This document shows positions 1 to 10,433 of a DNA stretch of 64,000 nucleotides, one piece after another. The DNA is from Blastocatellia bacterium AA13. GTDB taxonomy: Bacteria; Acidobacteriota; Blastocatellia; UBA7656. How positions within the stretch are numbered: the stretch's first letter is position 1; the number at the start of each line of letters is the position of its first letter. Under the pieces are notes generated by a model. It did not search any database. It had not been told where the DNA came from and was given only the letters and a program-made list of their open reading frames with translations. The position numbers and the translations under genes were made by a program. The stretch lies in NCBI GenBank assembly GCA_003222245.1, contig QHVH01000023.1, positions 21,215 through 85,214 of the forward strand, in the 5' to 3' direction.

Positions 1-818
1 ATCGGCGAAGCTCCGTAGAGGATTTGTTTCACGCTTGAAAAATCCGCTTCCGCGCTTTCGGGCGCCTGAAGCAGAAACAGAATCAGGGCGGGAACCACAA
101 ACAGTCTCGTGACTCGAAGAGCAGCGACAATTCTGATTAGCTCGGCCGGAACAACTTCGCGCGTCACCACCGTTTTAGCGCCTGCATAAAACCCTATGAG
201 AGCCCAACCCGTTCCGCCGATATGGAATAAAGGCATGCAAACCAGGCTGACCTCGCCCTCACTCCACGCGCCCCACTCGGCCATGGAGACTGGCAGCAGT
301 GTTAGAAGATTATTATTCGTGAGCTGCGCGCCTTTCGGATAACCGGTCGTTCCGCTCGTATACATTTGCAGCGAGACATCCGACGGATCTACCTCGAGGA
401 AGGGATCACCGACGTCTTGCTCGTCGCGCCATTGAACATAGTCCTGCCATCCATCGCGAGAGCCCCCGAGCGCGATTATCTTCTTCAGCCTGGGCAATCG
501 ATCCACAATCCCCTCAATGATCGAGAAAAACTCCGGCCCGACGAAGAGCACGTCAGCCTCGGCATCATTGATGACATAAAGAATTTCAGGCGGAGCCAGG
601 CGCCAGTTCACAGCCACGACAACACAGTTCGCTTTGGACGCGCCAAACAAAATTTCGAAGAAGTGATCCGAGTTCTTGTCGAGTACGGCTATTCGCGTTT
701 GAGGCTTCAGGCCTGCGCGAAGAAACCCGTTGGCGACGAGATTGGATGCCTCATTTAGTCGAGCGTAGCTTGTCTCGCGACCTTCGAACGTGACGGCGAC
801 GTCGTTCGGGCGCACCAT
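1..818 (-). CDS. AMP-dependent synthetase/ligase (acyl-CoA synthetase family). N-terminal part only; C-terminus lies beyond the window start. Contains an apparent pair of compensating frameshifts at ~600 and ~661
   Basis: Manual minus-strand translation gives MVRPNDVAVTFEGRETSYARLNEASNLVANGFLRAGLKPQTRIAVLDKNSDH... then, in the conserved frame, FFEILFGASKANCVVVAVNW(R)LAPPEILYVINDAEADVLFV...LQMYTSGTTGYPKGAQLTNNNLL (the YTSGTTGxPKG P-loop). ATG at 816-818; an alternative GTG lies at 870-872. Not in the ORF track because it runs off the edge. Confidence 0.7.
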   Translation of the reverse strand, partial: MVRPNDVAVTFEGRETSYARLNEASNLVANGFLRAGLKPQTRIAVLDKNSDHFFEILFGASKANCVVVAVNWRLAPPEILYVINDAEADVLFVGPEFFSIIEGIVDRLPRLKKIIALGGSRDGWQDYVQWRDEQDVGDPFLEVDPSDVSLQMYTSGTTGYPKGAQLTNNNLLTLLPVSMAEWGAWSEGEVSLVCMPLFHIGGTGWALIGFYAGAKTVVTREVVPAELIRIVAALRVTRLFVVPALILFLLQAPESAEADFSSVKQILYGASP

Positions 819-910
819 TGCATGATGCCGAGGGATGTCGGCGACCGTTCGTATTTCTTTCCTTGAGGCCACGATATGAGTATCCCCGAAGTAAAACCGC
901 GCTCAGAACT

Positions 911-3900
911 TCATCTTGGAGACTCGATAACCTTGCCCGCGAGCACCGTCGGCGCTCCATACTTACGCAGGAGATCGTTGAGCTTCGGTACGGTTTCACC
1001 GATAAACTTGTTGACCTCCGCGAGGCGCGCCGGAAACGCCTTCTGAAGCTCCTCCAAGTATTCGCTCTGGGCGGGTGTAGGCGCGGCGTTCACGGACTCG
1101 ATCGATCCGGCCAACGAGCCAAGTCCGTCCATGAACTTCGCGCCGCCGCTCAAGCCGAGACCGCCGTCCTTGCGGAACAACTGCTCCTCGATTTGCTCGA
1201 TCATCTTTTTGTGTTCAGCTATCGCTTTGATCAGTTCCTCAGGAGGCGAGGTTATTCGATCCTTAATGGTCTTCTCAATCTGAGAAAGCTGTTCCTTCAC
1301 GCTGGCGAGCGCTTTGACCCCGTCGACGAGCGCGGATTGCATATCGCGAAGCTTCATACCGGAGGAAAACTCCGCCTGGAGATCAGCCGCGGGAGTTGAA
1401 ATAGTCGGATCAAGCAGAACCTGGACTTTTGTATCGAGCTTCTTATCGCCTATCGAAAGCCGAATCGTATAGACTCCGGGAAGCGCTCTTGGACCGGCCG
1501 GCGCTCCTCCGAAGGCGGCTTCTTCTTCAGTCGGCGGCCTCCGAACACGAGGCCCTTCGTAGCGCAGATCCCAGCTCGCTCTGTTAATTCCCTTCTCTTT
1601 CGAAATAGTCTTCAATTCGCGAATGACCTTGCCGGACGAATCCAGCACCTCGATCTTCGCCGCGGCTTTGTCGTCCGGTTTGTCCTTCAAGTAATAGGTA
1701 ATGAGCGCGCCGTAAGATGGATTTGCCCCCGTGAACTGCTTATCCCCGATACCGTATTTTTGAAATCTGGCGGTGAACCTCAACGCCGGCCTCACGTCGA
1801 AGAGGTGAACGTCCTTGGATGCAATCTCCGGGGTCATTTGCTGGAGCGCGCTTGCGTCGTCGAATATCCACACGCTCCGGCCGTGAGTCGCGAGAATCAG
1901 ATCGTTATCGCGCGGATGAATCTGGATGTCTCGAACCGCAACCGCCGGCAGATTCTTTAGACCGAGAGAAACCCAGTTGGTTCCTCCCGTGTACGAGGCG
2001 AACAATCCAAGCTCGGAGCCGGCGTAGATCAAATTTGGGTTCTTCGGGTCTTCGCGCACGGTGTGCACGTACCCAACCTCGGGAAGGTTCCCGCTGATAT
2101 CGAACCAACTCTTCCCTCCATCGGTTGTCTTGAAGATATGGGGCCGCAGATCGTCGAACATATGGCGATCGAAAGAAGCGTAGACGATGTTGACATTCGT
2201 TCTTGAAGGCTCAACATGCGAAACCGGTGAATTGGCCGGCAGATTCGGAACGTTGCGAATAACGTTAGTCCAGTTCTTGCCCCCGTCGGTCGTTACTTGA
2301 AGATTGCCGTCGTCGGTTCCGGCCCAAATAGTTCCGGCCTTTGCGGGTGATTCGGCAAGGGTGATGATCGTACAGTGATATTCGGCCGTCGAGTTCTCGA
2401 ATGCTATGGGACCGCCGGCGTCTTTCAGCTTTGCCGGATCGTTCGTAGTAAGATCGGGGCTGATGCGAGTCCACGTCTTTCCGAAATCCGTCGACTTGAA
2501 TACGACGTTCGCTCCAAGCAGGACGGTATTCTTGTCGTGAGGCGTAGGCAAAAGCGGTGAGTTCCAGTTGAATCGATACTTGATGTCCGATGCGGGTCCG
2601 CTTCCATTGTCCTGAGCTTGCGGGCTTACGGCCTGTTGCTCTCGCGTACGAAGATTCGTGCGATAGACTTCGCCTCCCTGTGACTCTGACAGATAAAGAT
2701 CGGGATCGTCGGGATGATTGAGCATCCAAAACCCATCGCCGAAGCTGACCATCGTCCAATCGTCGTTCATTATGCCGAGCGGCTCGCGGTTGCGAGATGG
2801 ACCGGTCCAGCTTCCGTTGTCCTGCAGTCCTCCGCTTACCCAGTAGAAAGGCAGCCGGTTGTCCGCGTGAACCTCGTAGTACTGCCCGAGCGGAATGTTG
2901 TAGATCGGCTCCCAGGTTTCGCCGCGATCATACGAGACCGCGATGCCTCCGTCCTGGCCAACCCAGATTCGACGCGGGTTCTTCGGATCCACCCAGAAGC
3001 AGTGATAGTCCACGTGAACGCGTCCGGCAATCGAGCGGAATGTTTTACCGCCGTCGATTGAAACGAAGAGCGTCGATGCTACCGCGTAAACGCGGTTCTC
3101 ATCCGTCGGATCGACGCGAATGCGAGTGTAATAGAATCCTCGCGAGACGATCCGCGCCTCCTTCGACACCTCCTTGAAGCTTTCTCCTCGATCGTCGGAG
3201 CGGTACAACGTACCTTCTTTTGTTTCGGCGATCACATATATGACGTTGGAATTACTCGGCGCGACGCGCACGCCCATTCTACCCATCAACTTCGGCAGGC
3301 CCTTCGATAACTGGTTCCACGTACGTCCGCCGTCTATGGACTTGAACAGACCGCCTTTTTCGCTGCCGCTGGTGAAAGTCCAGGGCTTGCGCTCGAACTT
3401 CCACATTCCGGCATAAAGTATGTTCGGATTATTCGGATCTATTTCGATATCGCAGGCGCCGTGCTCGCGATCGATATAGAGAGTTTTTTGCCAGGTCTTG
3501 CCGCCGTCGGTTGTCATAAAGACGCCGCGTTCTTCGTTGGGGCCGAACGCGTGGCCGACCGCGGCTACGTAGACGATGTCGGGATTGGTCGGATGAATAA
3601 CGATTCTCGAAATGTAGCGAGTCTCGCGCAGACCCATATGCTGCCAGGTCTTCCCGCCGTCGTTAGACCTGTATACTCCATCGCCGAACGAAATGCTGTT
3701 GCGAGTGTTCGATTCGCCGGTTCCAACCCAGACCAGATCAGGGTTGTTGGGACCGAGGGCAATGTCTCCGACGGAAATCGTGCCCTGTCGCTCGAAGATC
3801 GGCGTCCATGTAGTTCCCGCGTTGGTTGTTTTCCACACGCCGCCCGAGGCAGTTCCGACGTAGACAATATTTGGATCGCCGGGAACGCCTTCGACATCGG

Positions 3901-4072
3901 CGGTGCGGCCGCCCATATTACACGGGCCAATACTCCGCCATTCGAGGTTGGCAAATACTCCCGCCTCCACCGTTGTCCGGCCTTGACCAAAGGCTGTGGA
4001 CGCGACTAGGAGCTGCGCAATGATCATGACTATGAATGCAATCGGGCCCTTTAGCCGAACTCGGTTCAGCAT
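911..4072 (-). CDS. Sortilin/VPS10-type BNR (Asp-box) repeat beta-propeller protein, secreted, with a coiled-coil C-terminal region
   Basis: 1053 aa with N-terminal signal peptide (IAFIVMIIAQLLVASTAFGQG). Many S-x-D-x-G-x-T-W Asp-box repeats (SNDGGKTW, TTDGGKTW, SIDGGRTW, SIDGGKTF, TTDGGKNW, TTDGGKSW), typical of sortilin-like glycosyl-hydrolase/BNR proteins of Acidobacteria. Confidence 0.75.
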   Translation of the reverse strand: MLNRVRLKGPIAFIVMIIAQLLVASTAFGQGRTTVEAGVFANLEWRSIGPCNMGGRTADVEGVPGDPNIVYVGTASGGVWKTTNAGTTWTPIFERQGTISVGDIALGPNNPDLVWVGTGESNTRNSISFGDGVYRSNDGGKTWQHMGLRETRYISRIVIHPTNPDIVYVAAVGHAFGPNEERGVFMTTDGGKTWQKTLYIDREHGACDIEIDPNNPNILYAGMWKFERKPWTFTSGSEKGGLFKSIDGGRTWNQLSKGLPKLMGRMGVRVAPSNSNVIYVIAETKEGTLYRSDDRGESFKEVSKEARIVSRGFYYTRIRVDPTDENRVYAVASTLFVSIDGGKTFRSIAGRVHVDYHCFWVDPKNPRRIWVGQDGGIAVSYDRGETWEPIYNIPLGQYYEVHADNRLPFYWVSGGLQDNGSWTGPSRNREPLGIMNDDWTMVSFGDGFWMLNHPDDPDLYLSESQGGEVYRTNLRTREQQAVSPQAQDNGSGPASDIKYRFNWNSPLLPTPHDKNTVLLGANVVFKSTDFGKTWTRISPDLTTNDPAKLKDAGGPIAFENSTAEYHCTIITLAESPAKAGTIWAGTDDGNLQVTTDGGKNWTNVIRNVPNLPANSPVSHVEPSRTNVNIVYASFDRHMFDDLRPHIFKTTDGGKSWFDISGNLPEVGYVHTVREDPKNPNLIYAGSELGLFASYTGGTNWVSLGLKNLPAVAVRDIQIHPRDNDLILATHGRSVWIFDDASALQQMTPEIASKDVHLFDVRPALRFTARFQKYGIGDKQFTGANPSYGALITYYLKDKPDDKAAAKIEVLDSSGKVIRELKTISKEKGINRASWDLRYEGPRVRRPPTEEEAAFGGAPAGPRALPGVYTIRLSIGDKKLDTKVQVLLDPTISTPAADLQAEFSSGMKLRDMQSALVDGVKALASVKEQLSQIEKTIKDRITSPPEELIKAIAEHKKMIEQIEEQLFRKDGGLGLSGGAKFMDGLGSLAGSIESVNAAPTPAQSEYLEELQKAFPARLAEVNKFIGETVPKLNDLLRKYGAPTVLAGKVIESPR

Positions 4073-4419
4073 CTACTCACCTCCGCGGAGTGAATCGTTG
4101 GATTAAAATCGAAGTCGAAGGATAAATGAGTATTGCTCCGGAGTCCAAGCGCACAGCGCCGAATGGCCCAGGTGAGGCTCTTGGTTCAGTCCGCAATCCG
4201 ATTCAACAAGTCGATTCAATCAGTCATGGATATCCATAACGGCCTGTTGTATATTTTGCCGCCGGTAGAGAAGTCCTTTCGGTCATTTGGTGGAGACCAT
4301 GCCTTGAAAAATCTCGGATCCCTTGTCTCCTTCATGTCTACATTCGCGGCTCGGGGAAAGGGCTTGTCGTCGCATGGCACGCATCTCCCTTCGCGGATTG
4401 ACCGTCAGCGCAAGGATCG

Positions 4420-5016
4420 ATGATGGTTCGCCGCCTTCACAGAATCATCGGCCTCGCGCTCATGCTCCCTTTTCTCGCCTGGGCCATTACGGGCTTCGTA
4501 TTCTTCGTGAAACCGGGATATGCCGGGGCCTATGAAGTCCTGAGCCCGAAGATGTACAACCTGGATCAAGCGATCTCGATTCAGCCTGATTCCGGCTGGC
4601 TCGAATTCCGAGGTTTTAAAACGGTACTTGGAAATCATCTCATCGTTCGCACGATGTCGGGATGGATTCATCTCGATCCGGTGACGCTTCAGCAGCGAGG
4701 GCTTCCGTCTGAAGCGGATCTGATCCGTCTGGTCAGCGACGCCTTCTCGGCAAATCCGAGTCGGTACGGAAAGATTAACACGATTTCGGGTGATTCAGTG
4801 ACAACGGACACCGGCGTTGAAATAAAAGTCGACTGGAGCCGATTGAGCTTTCAGCAAAGGGGAAAGGATACCGCTCGACTGGACCTGCTGTATCGGATTC
4901 ACTACTTGCAATGGACCGGTTTAAAGACGCTCGACAAGATTCTCGGTATGGTTGGAATCGCGCTCATCATTATCCTGACTCTGCTGGGGGCTCGGCTTGC
5001 GTTGCGAGGCGCATAG
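4420..5016 (+). CDS. PepSY-associated TM-helix type membrane protein
   Basis: 198 aa. N-terminal TM (IIGLALMLPFLAWAITGFVFFV) and C-terminal TM (ILGMVGIALIIILTLLGARLAL) flank a soluble region; the pattern resembles PepSY_TM family proteins. Confidence 0.45.
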   Translation: MMVRRLHRIIGLALMLPFLAWAITGFVFFVKPGYAGAYEVLSPKMYNLDQAISIQPDSGWLEFRGFKTVLGNHLIVRTMSGWIHLDPVTLQQRGLPSEADLIRLVSDAFSANPSRYGKINTISGDSVTTDTGVEIKVDWSRLSFQQRGKDTARLDLLYRIHYLQWTGLKTLDKILGMVGIALIIILTLLGARLALRGA

Positions 5017-5308
5017 AACAATCCACACGATTCCGAAACTAATGTAGCGGCGCTCCTCCGTGCTATGTAGGCCTGAAAGGCCGACTATAAAAGAGCCAGG
5101 GGCAAGCGCGTAGCGCGTCGCCCCTGGTTCCAGCCCCAATGCCCTCCAGCGCTGCGCTGGCCGTCATAAAATTCAATCTCCAGTCGCTCTCATATATGGT
5201 AGAGTCGTCGCGTCGGATTCAATGAACGTCCTTACGGATTGATCGTATGCTGTAAGGCAACCGGTACTCTCACGAGTTTTCATACCCTTACCTTGGAGGT
5301 GCTAATCA

Positions 5309-6052
5309 ATGCAGAAGATCGCAAAGCTCGCCATCGTCGTAGCGTTCGTCACCGCCGCTTTCGCCCAGTCACCTGAGCCGCCAATCAAGGATTCGAGGCT
5401 CTCCATTCACACCCTGCTCCGAGAAGATATATTCGCCGGTTTTCTGACCGACGACATGGAGCGATTCAATAGGGGAGAAAAGAACATTCAAGCTCTTATG
5501 GAGCTACGGCCCACGCAGAAGGCCGAGCTTCTGGCCTGGAAAGGCGGCGCGACTCTCTATAGAGCCGTACGCGCGCTGGAGAATAATCAGAAGGAAGAGT
5601 TTCAACGATATTACAAGTCCGCGCTGGAGTCCTTTTCACAAGCACGTGAACTCGATTCCCGGAATGGCGGTGTGTCGGCCGTGACCGGAGGCAGCCTCGC
5701 GATATTCGCCGATCGGCTCCCCAAGGAGTATCGCGCCGCGGCGTGGTCACAGGCATATGAGTCCTATCAAACTCTATGGAAGCAACAATCGGCGATGGCC
5801 GAGCGTCTGCCGCTGCACCTGAAAGGTGAATTGCTTGGAGGTCTCGCTCAGTCAGCGCAGCGCACGGGACACACCGAAGAAATGTCCCAGGCGCTGGATA
5901 AGATCATCGCGATAATTCCCAACTCGCCATATGAATCGGTCGCAAAGAAATGGAAGGCGAATCCGAAGGCGGCCGAGAGCGCCGGCATCACCTGCCTTAG
6001 CTGCCACGACGGCGGAAGGCTCTCGGCCCGATTATCCGAGGTAAACAAATAG
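5309..6052 (+). CDS. Secreted hypothetical protein with C-terminal CxxCH haem-binding-like motif
   Basis: Signal peptide MQKIAKLAIVVAFVTAAFAQS and a helical body. The C-terminus has ITCLSCHDGG, a single CxxCH. RBS GGAGG lies 8 nt upstream. Confidence 0.55.
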   Translation: MQKIAKLAIVVAFVTAAFAQSPEPPIKDSRLSIHTLLREDIFAGFLTDDMERFNRGEKNIQALMELRPTQKAELLAWKGGATLYRAVRALENNQKEEFQRYYKSALESFSQARELDSRNGGVSAVTGGSLAIFADRLPKEYRAAAWSQAYESYQTLWKQQSAMAERLPLHLKGELLGGLAQSAQRTGHTEEMSQALDKIIAIIPNSPYESVAKKWKANPKAAESAGITCLSCHDGGRLSARLSEVNK

Positions 6053-6187
6053 TAAGAAAGAAGCGGATCGCAAAACACGAGCCGGTCGCGCGATGGAGAT
6101 CAACTCATCAAGCGAACGGCTCTTTTGAAGTTTTATCCGTCGGACTGTGTGCGGCGCAGGTAGGCGGGAATAGCGGGCGCGGAAATA

Positions 6188-6238
6188 CTGAGAGGGATGA
6201 CACAGCCCCCGTTGCGTCATCCCTCTCAGCTTTTTTTT
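6188..6238 (+). terminator. Rho-independent terminator: 14-bp perfect stem + T8
   Basis: CTGAGAGGGATGAC (6188-6201), a 14-nt loop, GTCATCCCTCTCAG (6216-6229), then CTTTTTTTT. Lies downstream of the 5309-6052 gene. Confidence 0.6.
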
Positions 6239-6506
6239 ACTACTATTGTCTGTCGCTTCTCTCAGTCTTGCCGTGATCAACGGAGCCCCCTTTCCCTCGA
6301 TCACCGCGTAACTTTGTTAAGCTACGCCTTAGCAATTGGCAACGCTTATGCCACAGGCGAATGGCCCGTGCAGGTATGCTAAGTCCTTCAAATATGCGGA
6401 AGCGCTTCAGCGCCGCGCGCATCGCTAACAAAACTCGTCATTCCACGAGTGACAGATTGTGTTAGCGCGATAGTGGAGGATGAGAGTCTTTCGGTGTGCA
6501 TATTAC

Positions 6507-7643
6507 TCATAGCGCGCCTAGAGGGTTGATGCCGGCTCTTTCAAGGATATGCCACGAGATCCGCTGAAGCGGCACCACATCATCCACCGCTCCCCGTGCG
6601 ATGGCTTCCTTGGGCATGCCAAAGACCGTGCACGAGGCTTCATCCTGAGCAATCGTCACAGCTCCCGCCCGCTTCATCTCGCTCATTCCCTCCGCGCCGT
6701 CGTTTCCCATCCCGGTCATTATCACTCCAATGGCGTTGTACCCGACTGATTTGGCGACGGAATGGAAGAGCACGTCCACGCTGGGACGGTGACGCGAAAC
6801 CAGAGGGCCGTCGCTTACTTCAACGGCGTAGCCGCCTCCAACGCGAACTACCGAGATATGATGATTTCCCGGCGCCACCAGCGCCATTCCCGGCTTCAGA
6901 ATGTCCCCGCTTGCAGCTTCTTTGACATGGATTCGACATAGCTGGTTCAAGCGGTTGGCAAAGGCCGCCGTGAATCCTTCCGGCATATGCTGAACAATGA
7001 CGATCCCCGGCGCGTTTGAGGGCATCGCCTCCAGCACCATCTTCAAGGCCTCGGTTCCGCCGGTGGAAGCTCCAATCGCGACAACTTTGTCCGTGCTAAC
7101 GACCGCTGAGAACTTGCCGGGCATCACCAGCGCGCCGGTCTTGAATCTCTGCATGGCGGGAGCGGCGGCCGAACGGCTGCGCAAGCGAGACTCCGCGGCG
7201 CCGCGTATCGTGTCGATTAATAGGAGCGCCGACTCCTCCAGAAAATCACGGACACCCACCTTTGGTTTAGCAACAATCTCGACCGCGCCTTCTTCAAGGG
7301 CTTTCACTGCCGCTTCCGTTCCCGGGCCCGCCGCACCTGAGCAAATTACGACCGGAATCGGATCCTCGCTCATGATCTTGCGCAGGAAGGTAAGGCCATC
7401 CATCCGGGGCATCAGGACATCGAGCACTATTACATCCGGCCGCTCGACTTCCATCTTTCTCATCGCGAAGTAAGGATCGGCGGCGACGGTTACTCTCAGG
7501 CCCTTGTCTCTGGAAAGGATTGAGGTCATGGCTTGACGGACTACGGCGGAGTCATCTACTACCAGCACGTTCAAAACTGATTGAGCGCCATGGCCGCTCC
7601 GCTCGTCTATTCGATCTGTGATTCCATCTCCTCTCATCCCCAT
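6507..7643 (-). CDS. cheB: Chemotaxis response regulator protein-glutamate methylesterase CheB
   Basis: Receiver domain (VLVVDDSAVVRQ...DVIVLDVLMPRMDGL) followed by methylesterase domain (VVAIGASTGGTEAL...GVIMTGMGNDGAEG...TIAQDEASCTVFGMP). Confidence 0.85.
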   Translation of the reverse strand: MGMRGDGITDRIDERSGHGAQSVLNVLVVDDSAVVRQAMTSILSRDKGLRVTVAADPYFAMRKMEVERPDVIVLDVLMPRMDGLTFLRKIMSEDPIPVVICSGAAGPGTEAAVKALEEGAVEIVAKPKVGVRDFLEESALLLIDTIRGAAESRLRSRSAAAPAMQRFKTGALVMPGKFSAVVSTDKVVAIGASTGGTEALKMVLEAMPSNAPGIVIVQHMPEGFTAAFANRLNQLCRIHVKEAASGDILKPGMALVAPGNHHISVVRVGGGYAVEVSDGPLVSRHRPSVDVLFHSVAKSVGYNAIGVIMTGMGNDGAEGMSEMKRAGAVTIAQDEASCTVFGMPKEAIARGAVDDVVPLQRISWHILERAGINPLGAL

Positions 7644-8191
7644 TACTCTATGCGAAAGTCCGATCTTTGTCGCGGGTAATTATCAACAAGTCGATGCTGA
7701 AAAAGAGGGCGGCAGCCTGGCTGGCGGCTGCGATTACCAGCGCACGGAGTCTCACATCATATATTTCCGGCTCATTTTGCGACGCGTCGCTTGGGAAGAG
7801 GATCGAGCTCCGAGTTTCAAGGCGCGATGTTCCGAGGTTCCTGCCAGAGGAATCTGAATCGCACTTCCAGTCACTCGTCCTTTACCCCGTTTCGGCCAAA
7901 TTTGATAGCAAATATTTGATCTTCGTATATAATGTGAGCCGGGTTATTGAGCACATATCCCCAGGCCGCCTTGCAGCAGTTTGTTTTCCATGGTTTGGCG
8001 GAACGGATAAAAGCGTCAGCTTTCTCGACGCTTTGCAGGCGGCGATTAAGGGGGAGTTGAGACCATTGCTGAGGGTGTCCTGCGTGTCCGATGACAGGGC
8101 ACGGCATATCTTTAATAACTCGAGTTAGGCTCTATCTGTAGGCGTCGTATAAGCAGGAACGGCTCAAGCAAATAAGAAGGACGGAGGTTAT

Positions 8192-9235
8192 ATGCGATTT
8201 GACGTTACTCTGATCCGTATCGTCTTCATCGCGGCGCTCGTGGGTGCAGGCTTGTATCTTGAGCCGATATCTGGAAGCCTGGTTTCCGCGGTAGTGGGCG
8301 CGCTCATAGCGGTCTCGATCATATTTTTCGAAACCCGCATCCGCAAAGCTCCGCTGCGCACTCTGATCGGAGGCGCGGTGGGTTCCATACTCGGAATAAT
8401 CGGAGCTGCCTTAATAGGTTTCCTGCTGTCGACTCAGAAGGCCATTCCAAATAATATTGCCACCTTTGTCACGCTCGCGTTGACGCTGTTCATGGGATAT
8501 GTCGGACTGATCGTCGGCGCTATCAAAGGAGACTACATCGATCTCGCGGCCCTGGGCGGGATTCTGGTGGAAAAAGGACCGAGTAAATCGCATCCGCTGA
8601 TACTCGATACGTCCGTCATCATCGACGGCCGAGTAGCCGATATAGCCGAAACCGGATTCCTGGCGGGAACTCTTATCATCCCCCAATTCGTCTTGCGCGA
8701 GCTTCAGCAGATCGCCGACAGCGCGGATTCAATCAAGCGAAACCGCGGCAGGCGGGGCCTTGATATTCTGCAGCGACTTCAAAAGGATAAAGGCAGCTAC
8801 GAGATAGTCATCAGCGAAGCCGACTTCCCTGATGTTCGCGACGTGGACCACAAGCTCATCGAGCTTGCTCGCCAGCTTGAAGGCAAGATCGTGACCAACG
8901 ACTTTAATCTCAACAAAGTCGCACAGCTTCGCGGCGTGTCCGTGCTGAATATCAACGAGCTTGCCAATGCGCTGAAGCCGGTAGTCCTTCCGGGCGAGAT
9001 AATGCGCGTATTCATTCTCAAGGAAGGCAAAGAGTACAATCAAGGTGTTGCTTATCTCGACGACGGCACGATGGTGGTTGTCGATAACGCCAGGAGGATG
9101 ATCGGCAAAAACGTTGATGTTTCGGTTACCAGCGTGTTGCAAACGACCGCTGGAAAAATGATTTTTGGACGCTTTAATGAAGAGGGTCGAGCAGCCGCTC
9201 CCGCGCCTCGACAACAACAGACTGCGACCTCGTGA
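8192..9235 (+). CDS. yacL: PIN/TRAM-domain membrane protein (YacL-like)
   Basis: N-terminal TM helices, a PIN core ([11 protein letters not shown]...NDFNLNK) and a C-terminal TRAM-like beta region. Sits directly upstream of ispD-ispF, as in Bacillus yacL. Confidence 0.7.
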   Translation: MRFDVTLIRIVFIAALVGAGLYLEPISGSLVSAVVGALIAVSIIFFETRIRKAPLRTLIGGAVGSILGIIGAALIGFLLSTQKAIPNNIATFVTLALTLFMGYVGLIVGAIKGDYIDLAALGGILVEKGPSKSHPLILDTSVIIDGRVADIAETGFLAGTLIIPQFVLRELQQIADSADSIKRNRGRRGLDILQRLQKDKGSYEIVISEADFPDVRDVDHKLIELARQLEGKIVTNDFNLNKVAQLRGVSVLNINELANALKPVVLPGEIMRVFILKEGKEYNQGVAYLDDGTMVVVDNARRMIGKNVDVSVTSVLQTTAGKMIFGRFNEEGRAAAPAPRQQQTATS

Positions 9236-9939
9236 CCGACCGTCTCAACATCGCCATAATCGCCGCGGCGGGCTCGGGAACGCGAATGCAAGCCGACCGG
9301 GCCAAGCAGATGATCGAGCTTGGCGGTAAGCCTCTACTCCTGCATACCCTCAAGAGATTTGAAAAGTGCGATTCCGTTCACGAGATTGTTCTGGTTCTTC
9401 AACCCGATCTCACATCTGAAGCGCTGGCCGCGATCTCAAGACATGGACTACTCAAGATCAAGCGCGTTGTTGCGGGCGGAGCGGAGCGCCAGGATTCGAT
9501 CTATCGCGGACTCCAGGTAATAAACGCTAATAGCGCCGGAATCGTCGTAGTGCACGACGCGGCCAGGCCGTTCGTCCGACCCGAAGAGATTACGACCGTG
9601 ATCGATCGAGCCGAATCCACGGGAGCGGCGCTCATGGCTTTGCCCGCCGTCGATACCATCAAGCAGATCAAGACCGCTCGGGTTCAACGCACGCTTGACC
9701 GCAGCCGCATTTATCACGCGCAGACCCCGCAGGCATTCAGATTTTCCATAATTCGAGAGGCATACGAACGAGCTCGCGTAGACGGTTATTCGGCTACGGA
9801 CGATTCGCAGTTGGTCGAGCGAATCGGACAGCGGGTGTCTATAGTTGAAGGGTCTCCATTGAATATTAAGATCACTCGTCCATTCGACCTGAAGATCGCC
9901 GAACTGATCAACACTGAATACTTTAATGGAGCGCGATGA
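9232..9939 (+). CDS. ispD: 2-C-methyl-D-erythritol 4-phosphate cytidylyltransferase
   Basis: [13 protein letters not shown]...[11 protein letters not shown] motifs; 235 aa. Its ATG overlaps the yacL stop by 4 nt. Confidence 0.9.
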   Translation: MTDRLNIAIIAAAGSGTRMQADRAKQMIELGGKPLLLHTLKRFEKCDSVHEIVLVLQPDLTSEALAAISRHGLLKIKRVVAGGAERQDSIYRGLQVINANSAGIVVVHDAARPFVRPEEITTVIDRAESTGAALMALPAVDTIKQIKTARVQRTLDRSRIYHAQTPQAFRFSIIREAYERARVDGYSATDDSQLVERIGQRVSIVEGSPLNIKITRPFDLKIAELINTEYFNGAR

Positions 9940-10433
9940 GTCATCCCTCGAGAGTTGGAATCGGTTACGACATTCACAGGCTGGTCGGCGACCGCAAGCT
10001 TGTGCTTGGCGGAATCGAGATTCCGTTCGACAAGGGACTGCTCGGCCACTCCGATTCCGATGTGCTTTCTCACGCGATCTGCGACGCCCTGCTCGGCGCC
10101 GCCGCGCTGGGCGACATCGGAGCTCACTTCCCCGATACGGACGACCGGTTCGAGGGAATTTCGAGTCTCGACATGCTGGCGCAAATAGTCGCAAAGATCG
10201 CCGAGCGAGGGTATTCAGTTCTTAACGTCGACTCAATCGTGGTTGCCGAACAACCCAAACTCGCTCCCCATATTCCATCCATGCGTGGACGGCTTGCCGA
10301 AGTGCTGGGGATCGATCTCAGCCGCGTGAGCGTTAAGGCCAAAACCAATGAGGGCCTCGACTCTGTCGGGCGGACAGAAGCCATCGCCGCTCACGCAATC
10401 GCGATGTTGAGCGAACAAGCAATAGTCGAATGA
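9936..10433 (+). CDS. ispF: 2-C-methyl-D-erythritol 2,4-cyclodiphosphate synthase
   Basis: RVGIGYDIHRL...GHSDSDVLSHAI motifs; 165 aa. Overlaps ispD by 4 nt. Confidence 0.9.
   Translation: MSHPSRVGIGYDIHRLVGDRKLVLGGIEIPFDKGLLGHSDSDVLSHAICDALLGAAALGDIGAHFPDTDDRFEGISSLDMLAQIVAKIAERGYSVLNVDSIVVAEQPKLAPHIPSMRGRLAEVLGIDLSRVSVKAKTNEGLDSVGRTEAIAAHAIAMLSEQAIVE

Noticed and set aside
366-758. 130-aa plus-strand ORF at the left edge
   Set aside because: It lies antisense to a clearly recognisable AMP-binding ligase gene on the minus strand (YTSGTTGYPKG motif) and has no motif of its own. It is typical high-GC antisense ORF noise.
5096-5127. 8-bp perfect stem (CCAGGGGC...GCCCCTGG) with 16-nt loop, 80 nt after the PepSY-like gene
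   Set aside because: No U-tract follows, so I would not call it a terminator. It may still be a transcript-stabilising stem-loop.
7871-8107. 78-aa minus-strand ORF in the AT-rich cheB/yacL intergenic region (MPCPVIGHAGHPQQWS...)
   Set aside because: It has no RBS or recognisable motif and overlaps an equally unconvincing 153-aa plus ORF. It may be real but is not supportable from sequence alone.
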